Source of the DNA: Podarcis cretensis
Lineage: Eukaryota
DNA length: 64,000 nt
Assembly (NCBI GenBank): GCA_951804945.1
Contig: OX638158.1
Location: 32,364,001 to 32,428,000, forward strand
Reading direction: 5' to 3'
A program made the position numbers and the translations under genes. Below the pieces are notes generated by a model that saw only the letters and a list, made by a program, of their open reading frames with translations, searched no databases and was not told where the DNA came from. This document shows, piece after piece, positions 33,371-45,700 of the stretch; the stretch's first letter is position 1; every line of letters starts with the position of its first letter.

Positions 33371-35459
33371 CAGACTTTCTTTAATGCGTGACGTAAAAGT
33401 AGAAGGACTGTTTCAATGTTGTTTTCTTGGCTGGAGATGAAGCAGCAGGTTTTTCAGTTCCAAATACATGTAGCATTTTTAGAGATGGTTTTCTAATCAG
33501 TTTGCAACATCAAACACCTGCAACAAATACCTAAAGCTGATCATTTCTCTCTAACATTGCCCAATCCTAAAGTTTGCAGAAAGCTGCTTCATACCATCTA
33601 GCTCAATATTGACTACACTGACTGGAAGCAGCTTTGTAGGATTTCAGGCAGGGAGTCTCTCCAGTCCTGCCTGAAGATGCAGTGGATTGAACATAGAACA
33701 TAAGAATATAAGGGGGGGGGTGTCCGTGTCCGTGTCCCCACCAAAAATGACCTCTGTTTACACTGTAAACTTTACACCATATGAAACAAGGAGGAAACTA
33801 AAGCTATTTTGCATGGAAATTTACCCTAGGACATAGAATAGTGACAGAAATTCTAACTTAGGGAAACTTTCTTCAGTTAGCCACCTTTTTGCTCACTAAT
33901 ATATTAACTGAAAACTCAAAACTTGTGGTGAGTGTTCTTGAATTCCATCTTGCCCACTTCCTTTAATCTGAAAGGCCAAGGATGCCGTCCAAAACAATAT
34001 TGTGTAATATATGGGGATGGAACATCCATGAATTAATCATTCAAGGGTATTAGATATGGCCAGTATCCTTGGTTTTTTATCTTCAGTATGGCTCTGTGCC
34101 GCTGCTCCTCACATCAAATGCAACTTTCTGTATCCTGTTGACTCTGTAAAACTGATGCAGCAGTGCTAAGCAGATACAAGAAGAAACTTAATCCACTGGT
34201 GCTTGGCGAAGTGTTGGCATCAACTTTTCTTCTTGAAACCACATCTGAGAATGTGAACATGCTCCATTTATTACTTTCAATCCCTATTTAAACCTGCACT
34301 GCCACCTCTTGAATAATCCAGTGAAAGTATGGCACTATTTATTTGGATAATTGATTGAGAAGCAATGGTGGAAGTGGGAGAGAAGCCACAGATGCAGAAC
34401 CACAGAATAAGATTTTGTGCATTGTAGGACTTAACACTTATCTTTGAGTTCTAGAAAAAACAGGCAATCCCCTCCTATCAGTGCTGAAGGAAAAGGTCAA
34501 GAGCTGTTTTCACAATGACACTCCTCAGCTGCTTCCTGTAACCTTGGAGAAACACACAATCATGGATCATTTCTGGATAATGCATGTATTATGTGATGTT
34601 TGTTTTAAAAGTGTTTGTGCATAGGAAAAACACTATGTTCCTGGCCTTGGCACAGAAAGCTATAACTCTGATATGCATATATAGACAACTGAAAGAGACC
34701 ATACCATTGACAAATATAACATGTGAAGTGTCTTTGAATGGATGCTTAAATAAGATTTAAATCCTTAGAATACTGAGGAAAAAATGAGATGGAAATATTA
34801 GGTTCCATATGAAATACCTTGCTCAAGATGCTCCTTTTTTTTTAATGGGCTGGGAAAGTGCACATGTAAAGATTTGGTGATCACTCTGTGGGAAAAATAT
34901 TGCGCCTGGGAAAGGGAAGTGGGAGTCAACAGACACTCAAGGAATAGTTTTGGAGAAAAGGCTTTTATTTCTACCATCCATGAACTGGTAGAAGGAGCAA
35001 GTGTGGTAAGTCACAAAAAGCATGCACCGAGTTCACAGTCATGTGCACAGAGTTTATATACCCCTTTCTATTTCCCTCCCTCTTTCTCCTCCTTTTCCCA
35101 GGAGTCCTGCCCCATGAGTTCCTCTGAGCATGAACAGAAAGCTGTCTTGGGACTATTCCCAGGAAAGGGGGGGGTGAGAAGCCAAGGGGTTTTCAGCATG
35201 TTCAGATATGTTTCAATCTCTTGTTCTGGCATGGTTCCCGGACAGAAAGCAAGTTGCAGTGTGGTTCTTTAGCAAGGCCAGAAGGCATGAGAAAGGCCTG
35301 AGAAACAATGGACAGTTCTCTACCTTTGTTACAGCAGAGCGGAATGTTTCTGATGCTTGGCTGCTGAGAAAATGATTTTGAAAAGCTTTGAGAAGCTTTG
35401 AGCCTGCTTTGGTGGGGGGGGGGGGGTTGACTTCGGGCCTAGGTGAGGTCACCTGTCCT

Positions 35460-35700
35460 CACCTTCCTTCATCGTAGCCAAGTAAGATTGTCTTAACAGT
35501 GAGTCCGTGAGTGACTGTGGAGGCCAATTCTGGATCCACTCGTCCTTCCACAGTGGGGACATGGATTTCTGGGCAGGAGTTGATCACGGTGAGGGTTTGC
35601 CAAATGTGCCTTCCTCTTAGCTCATTTCTCCCTTGCGTCCTGAGTTTGTGCTTCTTCAAAGTCCATGACATCTTTGGTAAAGGCTATTCTCCAATTGGAG
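35460..35700 (-). mobile_element. RTE-clade LINE 3' fragment (second copy, inverted)
   Basis: Reverse complement of the 33145-33370 element. Confidence 0.8.
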
Positions 35701-36404
35701 CGCAGTGTCTAATAGCATCAGCTATAGTAGCGAGCAATTTGTCATATCTAACAAATAGAGCACCCAGTATGGAATTGCATCCCCATAAAGACCCATCATG
35801 GTCTAGAAAGACTTGACTTCTCTTCTCAAGCAGAAACCTGTAGTGAAGTTGATTTTATTACTTATGCATAATTCTATTTGGAAAAGTAAGCCTAAAGCCA
35901 CTTGACCGAACCTGTCAATGCTCAATCCTGAGGGCTGAGTTTTGACTGCCACGATTTGTTCAAAACGTTTGTGCAAAGGAGGTAAGTAAAGCATCCATTT
36001 CGAACTGCAATGATCAAATGCAGACTTCCTGCCCCACTCCCCTTTGCTTAACACCCAGACCGGCGTAGAGACCTGGATAACTCGAAAGCTTGCTCCTTAT
36101 TTTGGCATTTTGACCGTTCCTTATAAAGGTATTGCCTGACTGTGGATGTTAGGACTTCCCTCTACGGGACCGGCACACTTCGTTTTTGGTTTGCTTGTGC
36201 GGCGCACGGTGTCACAGTCTAGTATGGCGGCGATCCCGTTCCTCTGCTGGAGGGACCGAGGGGCGCCCTGTCACTTTCAAGTTCAAACCCGAACACGGGT
36301 TAGATCTCCGCCTCCTTATGCATATTCAAATCCAGCGAGGCGGGCCGCCCGGGAGGGGATTGCCCAGCCGCACGCTAACGAAAGCTGCTGATCGCTGACG
36401 CGCC

Positions 36405-36437
36405 ATCACACCACGAGCCGCTCTGCCCGCTGATTGG
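36405..36437 (+). promoter_or_regulatory. Sterol regulatory element ATCACACCAC (36405-36414) plus inverted CCAAT/NF-Y box ATTGG (36433-36437); GC box nearby at ~36503
   Basis: One mismatch to SRE-1 (ATCACCCCAC). SRE followed by NF-Y is the established SREBF2 autoregulatory module. Confidence 0.85.
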
Positions 36438-36655
36438 CCGGCGGGGACCTGGTCTCATTGACAACAAGCCCAGGCCGCAGCGGCGGCTCCTCGCAGGTGG
36501 ATGGGCGGAGTAGGCGGAGGCTGGGCCAAGATGGCGCCGCCGCGCGGGGCCGGCAGCTCCAGGAGCCTGAGCTGAGGCAGCGCCGCCCGGCCGGGAACGG
36601 GTTAACGCGCTGGGTGTCACCCCGGCCGCTCCCTGGGACGGGCTGCTGACTTGCG

Positions 36656-36679
36656 GGCGGCGGCGGCGGCGGCGGCGGC
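36656..36679. repeat. (GGC)8 repeat in the SREBF2 5'UTR
   Basis: Eight GGC units ending 27 nt before the ATG. Confidence 0.95.
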
Positions 36680-36706
36680 GGAGGAGCCGGTTGCGCCTCG
36701 CCGGCG

Positions 36707-36791
36707 ATGGAGAGCAGCGAGCTGAGCAGCATGGAGACCATGGAGACCCTGACGGAGCTCGGCGACGAGCTCACGCTGGGGGACATCGACG
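36707..36791 (+). CDS. SREBF2: SREBF2 exon 1
   Basis: [29 protein letters not shown]|gtgagt. Confidence 0.97.
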
Positions 36792-39700
36792 GTGAGTGCG
36801 CGCGGGGAGGGGAAGGAAGGCGCGCCCGGCCTGCGCTGGGGCCGAGGCGCCGCCGCCGCCGCCGCCCGTGGATGCCCCCCCTTCACCGCGAAGTGCCTGG
36901 AGGACGGGATAAGCCTGGCTGGATGGGCTGGCAGGTGTCGCGCAAGATGCGTGGCGACAGCCATGGTTGTTTTCACGCTCCTCACCCCCCTATGGCTCTC
37001 CTCCCCCCTCCCCAAATTCACTGTTCAAGAAAGGGCGGAAGGTTCCTCAGAGGGATGCGCGCGCTGTGGACTTTTGACAGGATTCCCGTGGGATACCCTC
37101 CCCCCCCCCGTGCGGTGCTTCCTCGCGAGAAAGGCCCGCTATGCAAGCGCTGCTAAGTTCGGGATTGCAGCCCGGTGTGCACAGCTACCTGGGATCCTAA
37201 GCATCCTTGAGTTTAGGGGTGGGTGGGGAGGGGGGCTTATTTCTGAGTACAGTTACCCAGCCTGTGCCAGCAGAGTGAATTTAGTGAGTGTTACCTGCAT
37301 ATCGGAATTCATTACTTAAGGTGTGGTCCGGGTCAGGGCGGGGCAGAAGATAGATATGGGTCTAACTGGTAGGTTCTCTCAGCGATTGGAACAAATCCCT
37401 TGTCTCAGAATTCTTTTGTATCTGGCTCTAGTTGGTTGGGACTTGGGGCTGTAGTAAAAACAACAACAACAAAGTGGACCCAGCAAGTCTGAAGGCTGCC
37501 CGTCCCACATCGCAGTGTCTGGATGCCCCTGATCTGAGTACAGTACATATCACTGAAATCTGGAAGGTGCTGATTTAAGTTCATTCATGTGCCTTACTTG
37601 GCAGGTGGTTTTCACATCTATGTAAATTATCAGTGTAGCCAGTGGATATGTGGCAAAAGAATGTGTGTAGGTGCCTGGGGCTGGAGAGTGTTAAGGAAAA
37701 GGAAGTTATACAGAGGCATCATTTTTCCCCCTGTAGGTTTGTCATTTTGGAGACACTTTGCAGTGTGAGCTGGATCATGGTGAAGCTTGCCTTAATTTGG
37801 TATAGGAGGTGTGTGACAAATAGAAAGCAGTTTCTGTCTCTTGGTTTCACTTGGTAGTTGCTATCTGTAATGTTTTGAGTTTATAGCTCAGTGTATGATG
37901 ATGACATTTGCCATTCTGATCTGAAACATTTACTTACCTTACCCATGAGGCAAGATGAGGTGACTGCTTTAGGCGGCAGGATCCACAGGGTCAGCAGATC
38001 CCGATACCAGTCTTCTCCCCATGTTCCTGATGTCCCCCTTCCTGCCAGGGAAAATCTACATCATTTAGGGGTGCTGCTCAGGGGCCAAAATATATTGGGG
38101 CTGGTCCTGACAAAAACCCATTAAAACTTAATTATCCAACTCATGGAAGAGGAAAGAACTTAAAAATATTCTGTAGCCAGATTCACAGGAATTTACTGTA
38201 TGTTCAGCAACTATGAAAGTTGCAGAAAGATCTGATAGTACAATTCTTGTTGTCAGAAGATTGTCAGCACCCTAATGCCCTCTTGGTGCTATATCCAGGT
38301 CAGAAACTGAACTGGCAAGGACACAGCAAAATGATAGAAGAATGACCATCTGCTCAAGTATCTTGTCAAGAAAGAGGGGAGTAATAGTGGAGTAGGTAGT
38401 TGGTGTCAAGACAGGTTTATTGAGTCAAATGGCCATAGTTTTCCATGAATCAAGAACCTACTGTCTGCAATAGCGAGAAGCTAGTGTTCTGCAGGTATTT
38501 TTCAGCTCAGTAGACTAGTGTACTTCCCTAAAATGTAAATAAAGGAATGTTATTTAAAAGCTACTGGACACTACAGATTTGCAGAATGTCTGCATCAAAA
38601 GTATTCTGCTATTTGTACTATTTACAGCTGCTTAAGAGCTTCAAAAAGTAGAAGTAGCTGTGTTGGCATGTGTGAAAAAAATCCTAAATATTTACCCACA
38701 AAGGATACTGCACTCTTCTTCATTGCAATATGACACTGAGGAATAGTAACCATTATTCTAAGTAATGCTGGCTCCAGGCTTATCAAAATATTAGGTTCCA
38801 CTTCTCTTGCTTTGCTGTTGTAGTGCACAGTTGGAAGCACTACATAAGAAGGGGGCACAGTTCAGAGGAGAATACATGCTTTGCATGCAGAAGGTCATTT
38901 ATTTACTCCCCCAAAGTATTGCTAGGAGAACCCCTTGCCTGAGACCTTGGAGAGTTGCTGCTATTTGGAATACTGGTTTGAGACAGTATGGCAGTGTCCT
39001 ATAGGAAAGTACCGTAGGTAACTTTCACCTTAGGAAGCACTGCAATTGGAAAATGGACTGCATAGCCCTCAGGTGGTCTCTCATGCTGGTTCTGCCGCCT
39101 CTTCTGACTGGCAAGGACTTTGTGTGTGTGGAAGCATCCTGAATATACCGTATTTTTTGCACCATAACACTCACTTTTTTCCTCCTAGAAAGTAAGGGGA
39201 AATGTCTGTGCGTGTTATGGAGGGAATGCCTACGGGTGGCATGCCTACGGATTTTCCTCCTCTAAAAACTACGTGCGTGTTATGGTCGGGTGCGTGTTAT
39301 AGAGCGAAAAATACGGGTAAAGACTGTTGATTGCAATGTAGCTTCCTGGAATGAGAACCAGATGGAAATGTCTTTGGCCTGTGATTAAGGGTCCTTATTC
39401 AGGCATCTCATTTGAATTTGACTGTCAGTGTATTTGCCTTCTAGGTTTCTACTTTTTATACCTGACGTTTTTCCAGCAACGTTCTCGATTTAATGCATAC
39501 TAAAAATAGCTGTCTTAAAAGTTGGGGAACTTACTGCAAAGTCCTTCCTGTCCCACCTTTTAAAAGTCAATACGATTCCTTTTTCCTCTCTATTTTTAGC
39601 ATGACTCAAAATAATTAGCCTTTCAACATATTTCTTGTAAGGTTACTTTGTATAGTACCTCACTATTGGGAAACATTGCTCAGTGTTTTAAATTACATGT

Positions 39701-42700
39701 ACCCACTTGATTCACCTTTGCACATTTCTGGCACTCCTAACTTCATGTGTTTATACAGATTGGGAAAATACTTTGTTTGCCAGGGAAAAAAATGCTTGAC
39801 TTGAGGTGTAGCTCTTCAGAATCAGAGAACTATCTGAAAGAACTATCTGAAAAGAAGTGTGTTAAAGAAAAAAAAAAACTAGATTTCTTATAGCAAGTGG
39901 AAAATAGAAACCTGATATTTTCAGTAGCAGATAACGTCAGACGTTACTCTTAACATTGCACAATGTGTTCTACAAGCTGCTGAGATCAGGAAAGAATTTG
40001 TAAATTATAGGTTATTAAACATCAAGGGTGACAAATTGGTTTCATTATTTTTTTCTTGTAAAGCTTTGTATCAGGTATTTAAATTGAGATGGTTTTGGTT
40101 GTACAAGACAATTTGACCGAAGAAGCAGATTTTTCATTATTGTCTGGTACCATTGTATTCTGTTACAACCAACCCACAACTGTTACTTTTGCCTTGCTTA
40201 GGTAGTGTGAGAGTAGCTTAAGGCTTTACACGGCAAACATTGTTGTATATTTACAAGTGTAATTTACAAGTGTAAATACACAATGTACAAGTGTAAAAAC
40301 ACAACCACTTGAACATATACAGCTGTGTACATGCTCTTATACATGTCCATGTGGGAACTCTGATTGGGCCAGGATTGCCACGTCTGTGAATGTGGATGTT
40401 TAAAGATGCATGTGGATATTTTTCTTTCACACTTATGTAACTCTGGTGTACTGGCAGAAACCATATTTGCTACATAAAGTATGAACTGCCCTTTAGTCCT
40501 GTTATCTTACTGGCAAGTTTCTCTCTGCCTTTGCACATAATGCTTCTTGTGCAGCCGTGTTCCAGCAACAACTGTAAGCAATCTGGTTACTGCTTCTGCA
40601 AGGCAGTCATGGCTCTCTTATCCCCACAGTAGCAGTCAGCCTCTGGGGAAACCTTTGAGGAAAGACATGGAAAAACAAGAGGATTCAGAAGAGAGACCTA
40701 CAAAGAAACCTGTTCTAAAAAAAAATTCAAATTCCTAGCATACCACTTCACATTTTTAGGTGCTAACCTCTGTTCTTGTAAATTCCTAGATGTTGATAAT
40801 TGATCCTTGTCCTTTCTTGTGCCCGAGATGTTTTCAACTCTGGTATAGCCCTTGGAAATGAAGAGAGATGTTTAAGAGATAATTGCTGTCCACAGCTTCT
40901 CAGGGAAGTGCTGTTGTTGGCATTTACAGCTGTGTTAGCCTACCAAAGTGACCTGCTGGAGCACAAGCTTGGGCAGTGGGTGGGTGGGGCGGTCCTGAAC
41001 TGGCCAGACAACAAGACCCCCCCCCCCGGCCTCGCTGACGTGGTCCAAAAGAATGCAGAGCCAGAAATTTGGCACCAGCTTGGCTGCAGGAGTTGCTGGA
41101 AGGAGGCATACAAGGCGCCATTCAACTGTCTTAGGGATTCCCCTTTGTGTAGGGTTTACTCCTTAGCCTTTTTGTCTCCCAAAGAATATCCCACAAGGCA
41201 GTGGAGGTTTAGGATCAGAGTTTTCCTTCTCCTAGATGGGCTACCTTCCCAGGTTGATGAGCCCCATCTGCCCCTCACTTCCCTCTACACAGCATGTGCA
41301 GAAACAGCCTTCTTGACTGTTGGACCCACATTGGTCTTATCTGCTTAATTAAGAAATCAGCTGTATATCCCGTGAAACAGTTTTGCTTGAAATAGTATCA
41401 GAATGTTATACAAACTAGCACATTTAAGAGATAACTCTAGTACATACCCATCTCTCTCATACATAAGTTTAAGCCTGTTTTTTCTATGTAAATAAATGGA
41501 AGGGGGGGTGGAAACCTTGACATCATAAATTTGACAGAGTAGGTTGCGATTTATCAGTGTCCAAAATATGAATGCTTACAGCCAGACATGAATGTTTGAA
41601 CGTGTCTGTTCTTTCCCCCATTTTTCTTTTACGGTTGGTTCACATGAGATGCCAAATCATAGTTTGATGTAATATTATGAGCCCATTGATTGCATAGACT
41701 CTCCTTGCCCTTTTCTCATGTGCTGTGCTTTAATGAATTTCTTTCATAGAAAACACTGTTTTCTGTTTCATCCAAACTAGGGCTTGCACAAACCTCTCAA
41801 ATGAGGATTGCAAACCAGAATTCAAGCATATACATCTTAATTTGGAGGGCTTGTGCAAACCATAGCTTGCTGGTTTGCATATGATGGAAAACTATTATTT
41901 CCACAAAAGCAAAAGGAAGTCAGTAAAGCAGCATGTGTAGAGGAAGGGGGAGAGGGAGTGCGGTAGCTTATGACAAATATGTGCAGCACCTGGTTTGGCA
42001 TAACATGGCAACCACCCCAAAGTCCTGACTTTTAAAAAACATAGGATAGTTTGAAATTCAGGATACATTTGACTATCTCTTGGCTATGGTTGTATGTTAA
42101 GATTTCTCTCTCTCTTAGTTTAAAACAAGTCTTTCCAGTTGCAAATATTTTGGCTTCCTATCTGTGTCACCAGTCTCTGTTTATCAGTTGTTATAGTGGT
42201 TTCACAGTAGTAGTAACAGGAAGAAGTATAGCAGGGGGTTGTGAGTATGTTGATTTCTTTCTAAAAGGGAAGGAGATGTGATGAAATATGAGGAAGTCTG
42301 CTATCTCAACAGACCAGTAGATCATTTTGTAGCCCCATTCTGTCCATCAGGAAGGGCAATGGCTCCCTAAGGTTACAGGCACAGATATTTTCCATGCCAG
42401 TAATTTCATGTGGGTCTTTCTATGCTAAGCATATGCATGACCCCTGAAATATATACAGTAGCAAAATGTTGTGATTGTTTAATTTTCCAAGGGCCTCAGG
42501 GCCAAACTGCACATGTTTAAATAAGTGTGTTTCACCTGGCCAATTTTATTATGTGTGTGTGGTGGTGGGGGGGAGCAGTCATGACACCCCAATAGGAAAT
42601 AGGCTATTGACCAGAGCAGGGGCTCATACTGCTGAAAAACATTCCATACTTGGCTTCTTTCAGACATGCGAGGAAGACAACCAAAGGGGGCACAATTTTC

Positions 42701-45700
42701 AGCAGAAAATCCAAGTGTTTTCTGAACCCCTAATCAAATAACATTCCAAAACAGGGGTCCCATGTCTCTCTCTCCCCTCAATAGAAAAAGCCAAGTTAAG
42801 AATTTAGATACCAGGTAATAATTATTGTATGTAATTTTAAAATAATATACCTGCAGCTTTCTTTTTATACAGGAGGTCCAATATCAAGAGGAGGAGTTCT
42901 GGGGTAGGGTTGAAATGTTAGCAATTTATACTATCAACTTCAGTGGGGTAAAGTGGTCAGTGAATCCTCTCCATACTTTTCAAATTTCTATCCTACTTGT
43001 TATTCAAGGGATGTGGGTGGCACTGTGGTCTAAATCACTGAGCTTCTTGCGCTCGCTGATTGAAAAGTCAGTGGTTTGAATCCACATGACAGTAGACAGA
43101 GCTCGCGTTGCTCTGTCTCAGCACCTGCCAACCTAGCAGTTCAAAAGCACGCCAGTGCAAGTAGATAAATAGGTACTGTTGCAACAGGAAGGTAAACGCC
43201 ATTTCCGTGCATTCTGGCTTTCTCACGGTGCCCCGTTGCGCCAGAAATGGTTTAGTCATGCTGGCCACATGACCTGGAAAGCTGTTTGTGGACAAACACC
43301 GGCTCCCTCGGCCGGAAAAGCGATATGAGAGCCACACCCCATAGTCACCTTTGACTGGACTTAACCATCCACGGGTCCTTTACCTTACCTTTTTTACCTT
43401 TACCTTCTACTTGTTATAAATGCCGGTTACATGATATTTCTAAAGTTGGTTCCCATTTGCACTTTGCAGAATAGTTCTGACAAATTAAGGGATCATAGCC
43501 TGATATCATCATGTCTGCCTCGTGTAGTCAAAAGAAAACGGCTTGGGGATAGAGAGAGTAGCAACAATTAGGGCTTAATTGTGGCCCAAGGGCTGTGTGA
43601 TAGAAATTGTAACCTGTCATATGGGCTCCCTTAGGCACCTGCCTCTGTAGGGCTTCCCTGCCTGGGCTAGTTACATCTCTCAGCAAGGTAGCTTAGTAGC
43701 TCTGAGATCATTATACTATATTTGCTCTTGCTGAAGTTTGAAAAATTGGTTGGACCAGAAAATCTGTGGCGTTATTTGAACAACATTGTCAGTTATATAT
43801 GATAGACTTGCAGAGACAGTGGCTGTGCTGACTGGGGGTGATGAGAATTTCTGTCCAAAATATCTGGAGGCTAATGAAGGTTGTTGTAGAGGTTTTTCTT
43901 AATGGAGATTGGTTGCATCAGGCATAGGCAAACTCAGCCCTCCAGATGTTTTGAGACTACAATTTCCATCATGCCTGACCACTGGTCCTGTTAGCTAGGG
44001 ATGATGGGAGTTGTAGTCCCGAGTTTGCCTATGCCTGTGTTACATAGTCAGATGGATCTCCGTAAGAGGCATGGGAAGCTGTCAGGGAAGACACAAACTT
44101 TTTGTTGATCTCTTCTAGTGATAACTTTTATATTGGGAGAGTTTCAACCCATTGCTACTTTCTCCCTGCTGGAATTGCATTCCTGATTGCACCATAGATT
44201 ATAAATGAGGGTTCATATCTTCACTTTCCTAAACTTGCACCCTTTTTGTTCTCCAAAAGAATCACTAAAGCATGTGGGTGGGTGTATGTGGTCTTGGCTG
44301 CCTTTCCTTTCCTTTTATCCCTTCACCTCTCAGCTGAACTCTGTCAGCTGAATAGTCTTCCCTTGCTTCTTTGTAAGTCTGACCAATATTCCTTGCCTAA
44401 CAGGTTTTCCATATGTATCAAGTCTTGTTTCCCAGTGCTGATCAATTAGACTACCCACAATAGCCCTGATCCTGGGAGTGGCTCATTTGCTACTAACTTG
44501 GCGGAGCTTGCAGAATAAAGAGGAAACAAAAGAGGTTGTGGCATGAACAGAACTGCTTATTTGTACTCTGAATGGTTCCACAGGCTTCTAGGTTTGATTA
44601 CTTAGTGACTTCTGCAGTTACAAGATCTGCTTTCTAAGCTTCCTACTTCGGAAATTGGCAGGAAGCTTTGTCTAGTTTTTGTGATCTCCGTACAATTAGG
44701 GACATTCGATCCACAATTTTTGGCAGGCTGACCTGCTCCCAATCTGGGAAGAGATCTTTGCGCATGTTAAGAATGGTGCCCTCTTTAACAGTATGTGGTT
44801 GCCAAGATGTGGTGTGGGTACACTCTGGCTGACATGCCTGTATGTGCTGGGAGAACAGCAGCCTGCTCATAAATTGCACACGTTGTCTGACTCTGTTCTG
44901 TTCTAAGGACCTGTTCTCAGCTACTTCAATAACATAAGAGCAACTGTAATGTTATCCTGGCTACAGCTTTCCTTGAAAGCAACACTTGTCAGCCAAGACA
45001 AATGTATCCGCTGATGACTTGTATTGTAAGGGAAACTTCGACTTCAGCTGATTCAATTGACTGTGAAACACAATTGGTATATGGAGTTTGGCAGAAGGAC
45101 ACTCCAGCACAAAGTCACAGTTTATTACTTAGTGAAAGAATGCAGGTAGCTATACTGGTCCTTTAGAAACAATCTAAAAGTGACAGTATGACAGTATCCT
45201 TTATTGGGGTCACCTAAACTGTCACCTAAATTGTCCTATTGCTGCAGCAATAAAACTGCTAGCACATTTGCAAAGCTAAGCAGGGTCCAGTAAGGTTTCA
45301 GATTGGGGGATTGGGGGATTGCTTGTTGAAATTCCCACATTGCAGGGGGTTGGATTAGATGGCTTTCAGGGTCCCTTCCAACTCTACAGCTCTATGGTTC
45401 TAAAAACAAACAAACATAGTAGCGGGTTCCCCCTAATAAACAGAACTCTCTGCTGTTAATGAAGTGAACCATGGCTTTCTTTCTTAAATCTTAGAATGAA
45501 ATTACCAGCATACTTTGAATGTGCCTTGCTCTAAACTTGCACTAGTAATGTCTGAAAGGTTGCACATACATTGTGTGCCATTAGGCCATGTGTACATGTT
45601 CTGGGAAGACAGGAGTGCCTGGCGTGCTCTGGTCCATGGGGTCACGAAGAGTCGGACACGACTAAACAACTAAACAACAACAACACATGTTCTGGGCACT

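Larger units (their letters stand above)
36050..37200 (+). promoter_or_regulatory. SREBF2: CpG island / SREBF2 promoter and exon 1
   Basis: High GC and CpG density around the ATG at 36707. Confidence 0.9.

Noticed and set aside
36146-37319. Multiple ORFs around SREBF2 exon 1, including the 149-aa read-through
   Set aside because: CpG-island artefacts; only 36707-36791 is coding, ending at a GTGAGT donor.
40800-41348. 182-aa ORF in SREBF2 intron 1
   Set aside because: Non-ATG start, overlaps repeat-like sequence, and has no recognisable homology or splice context.
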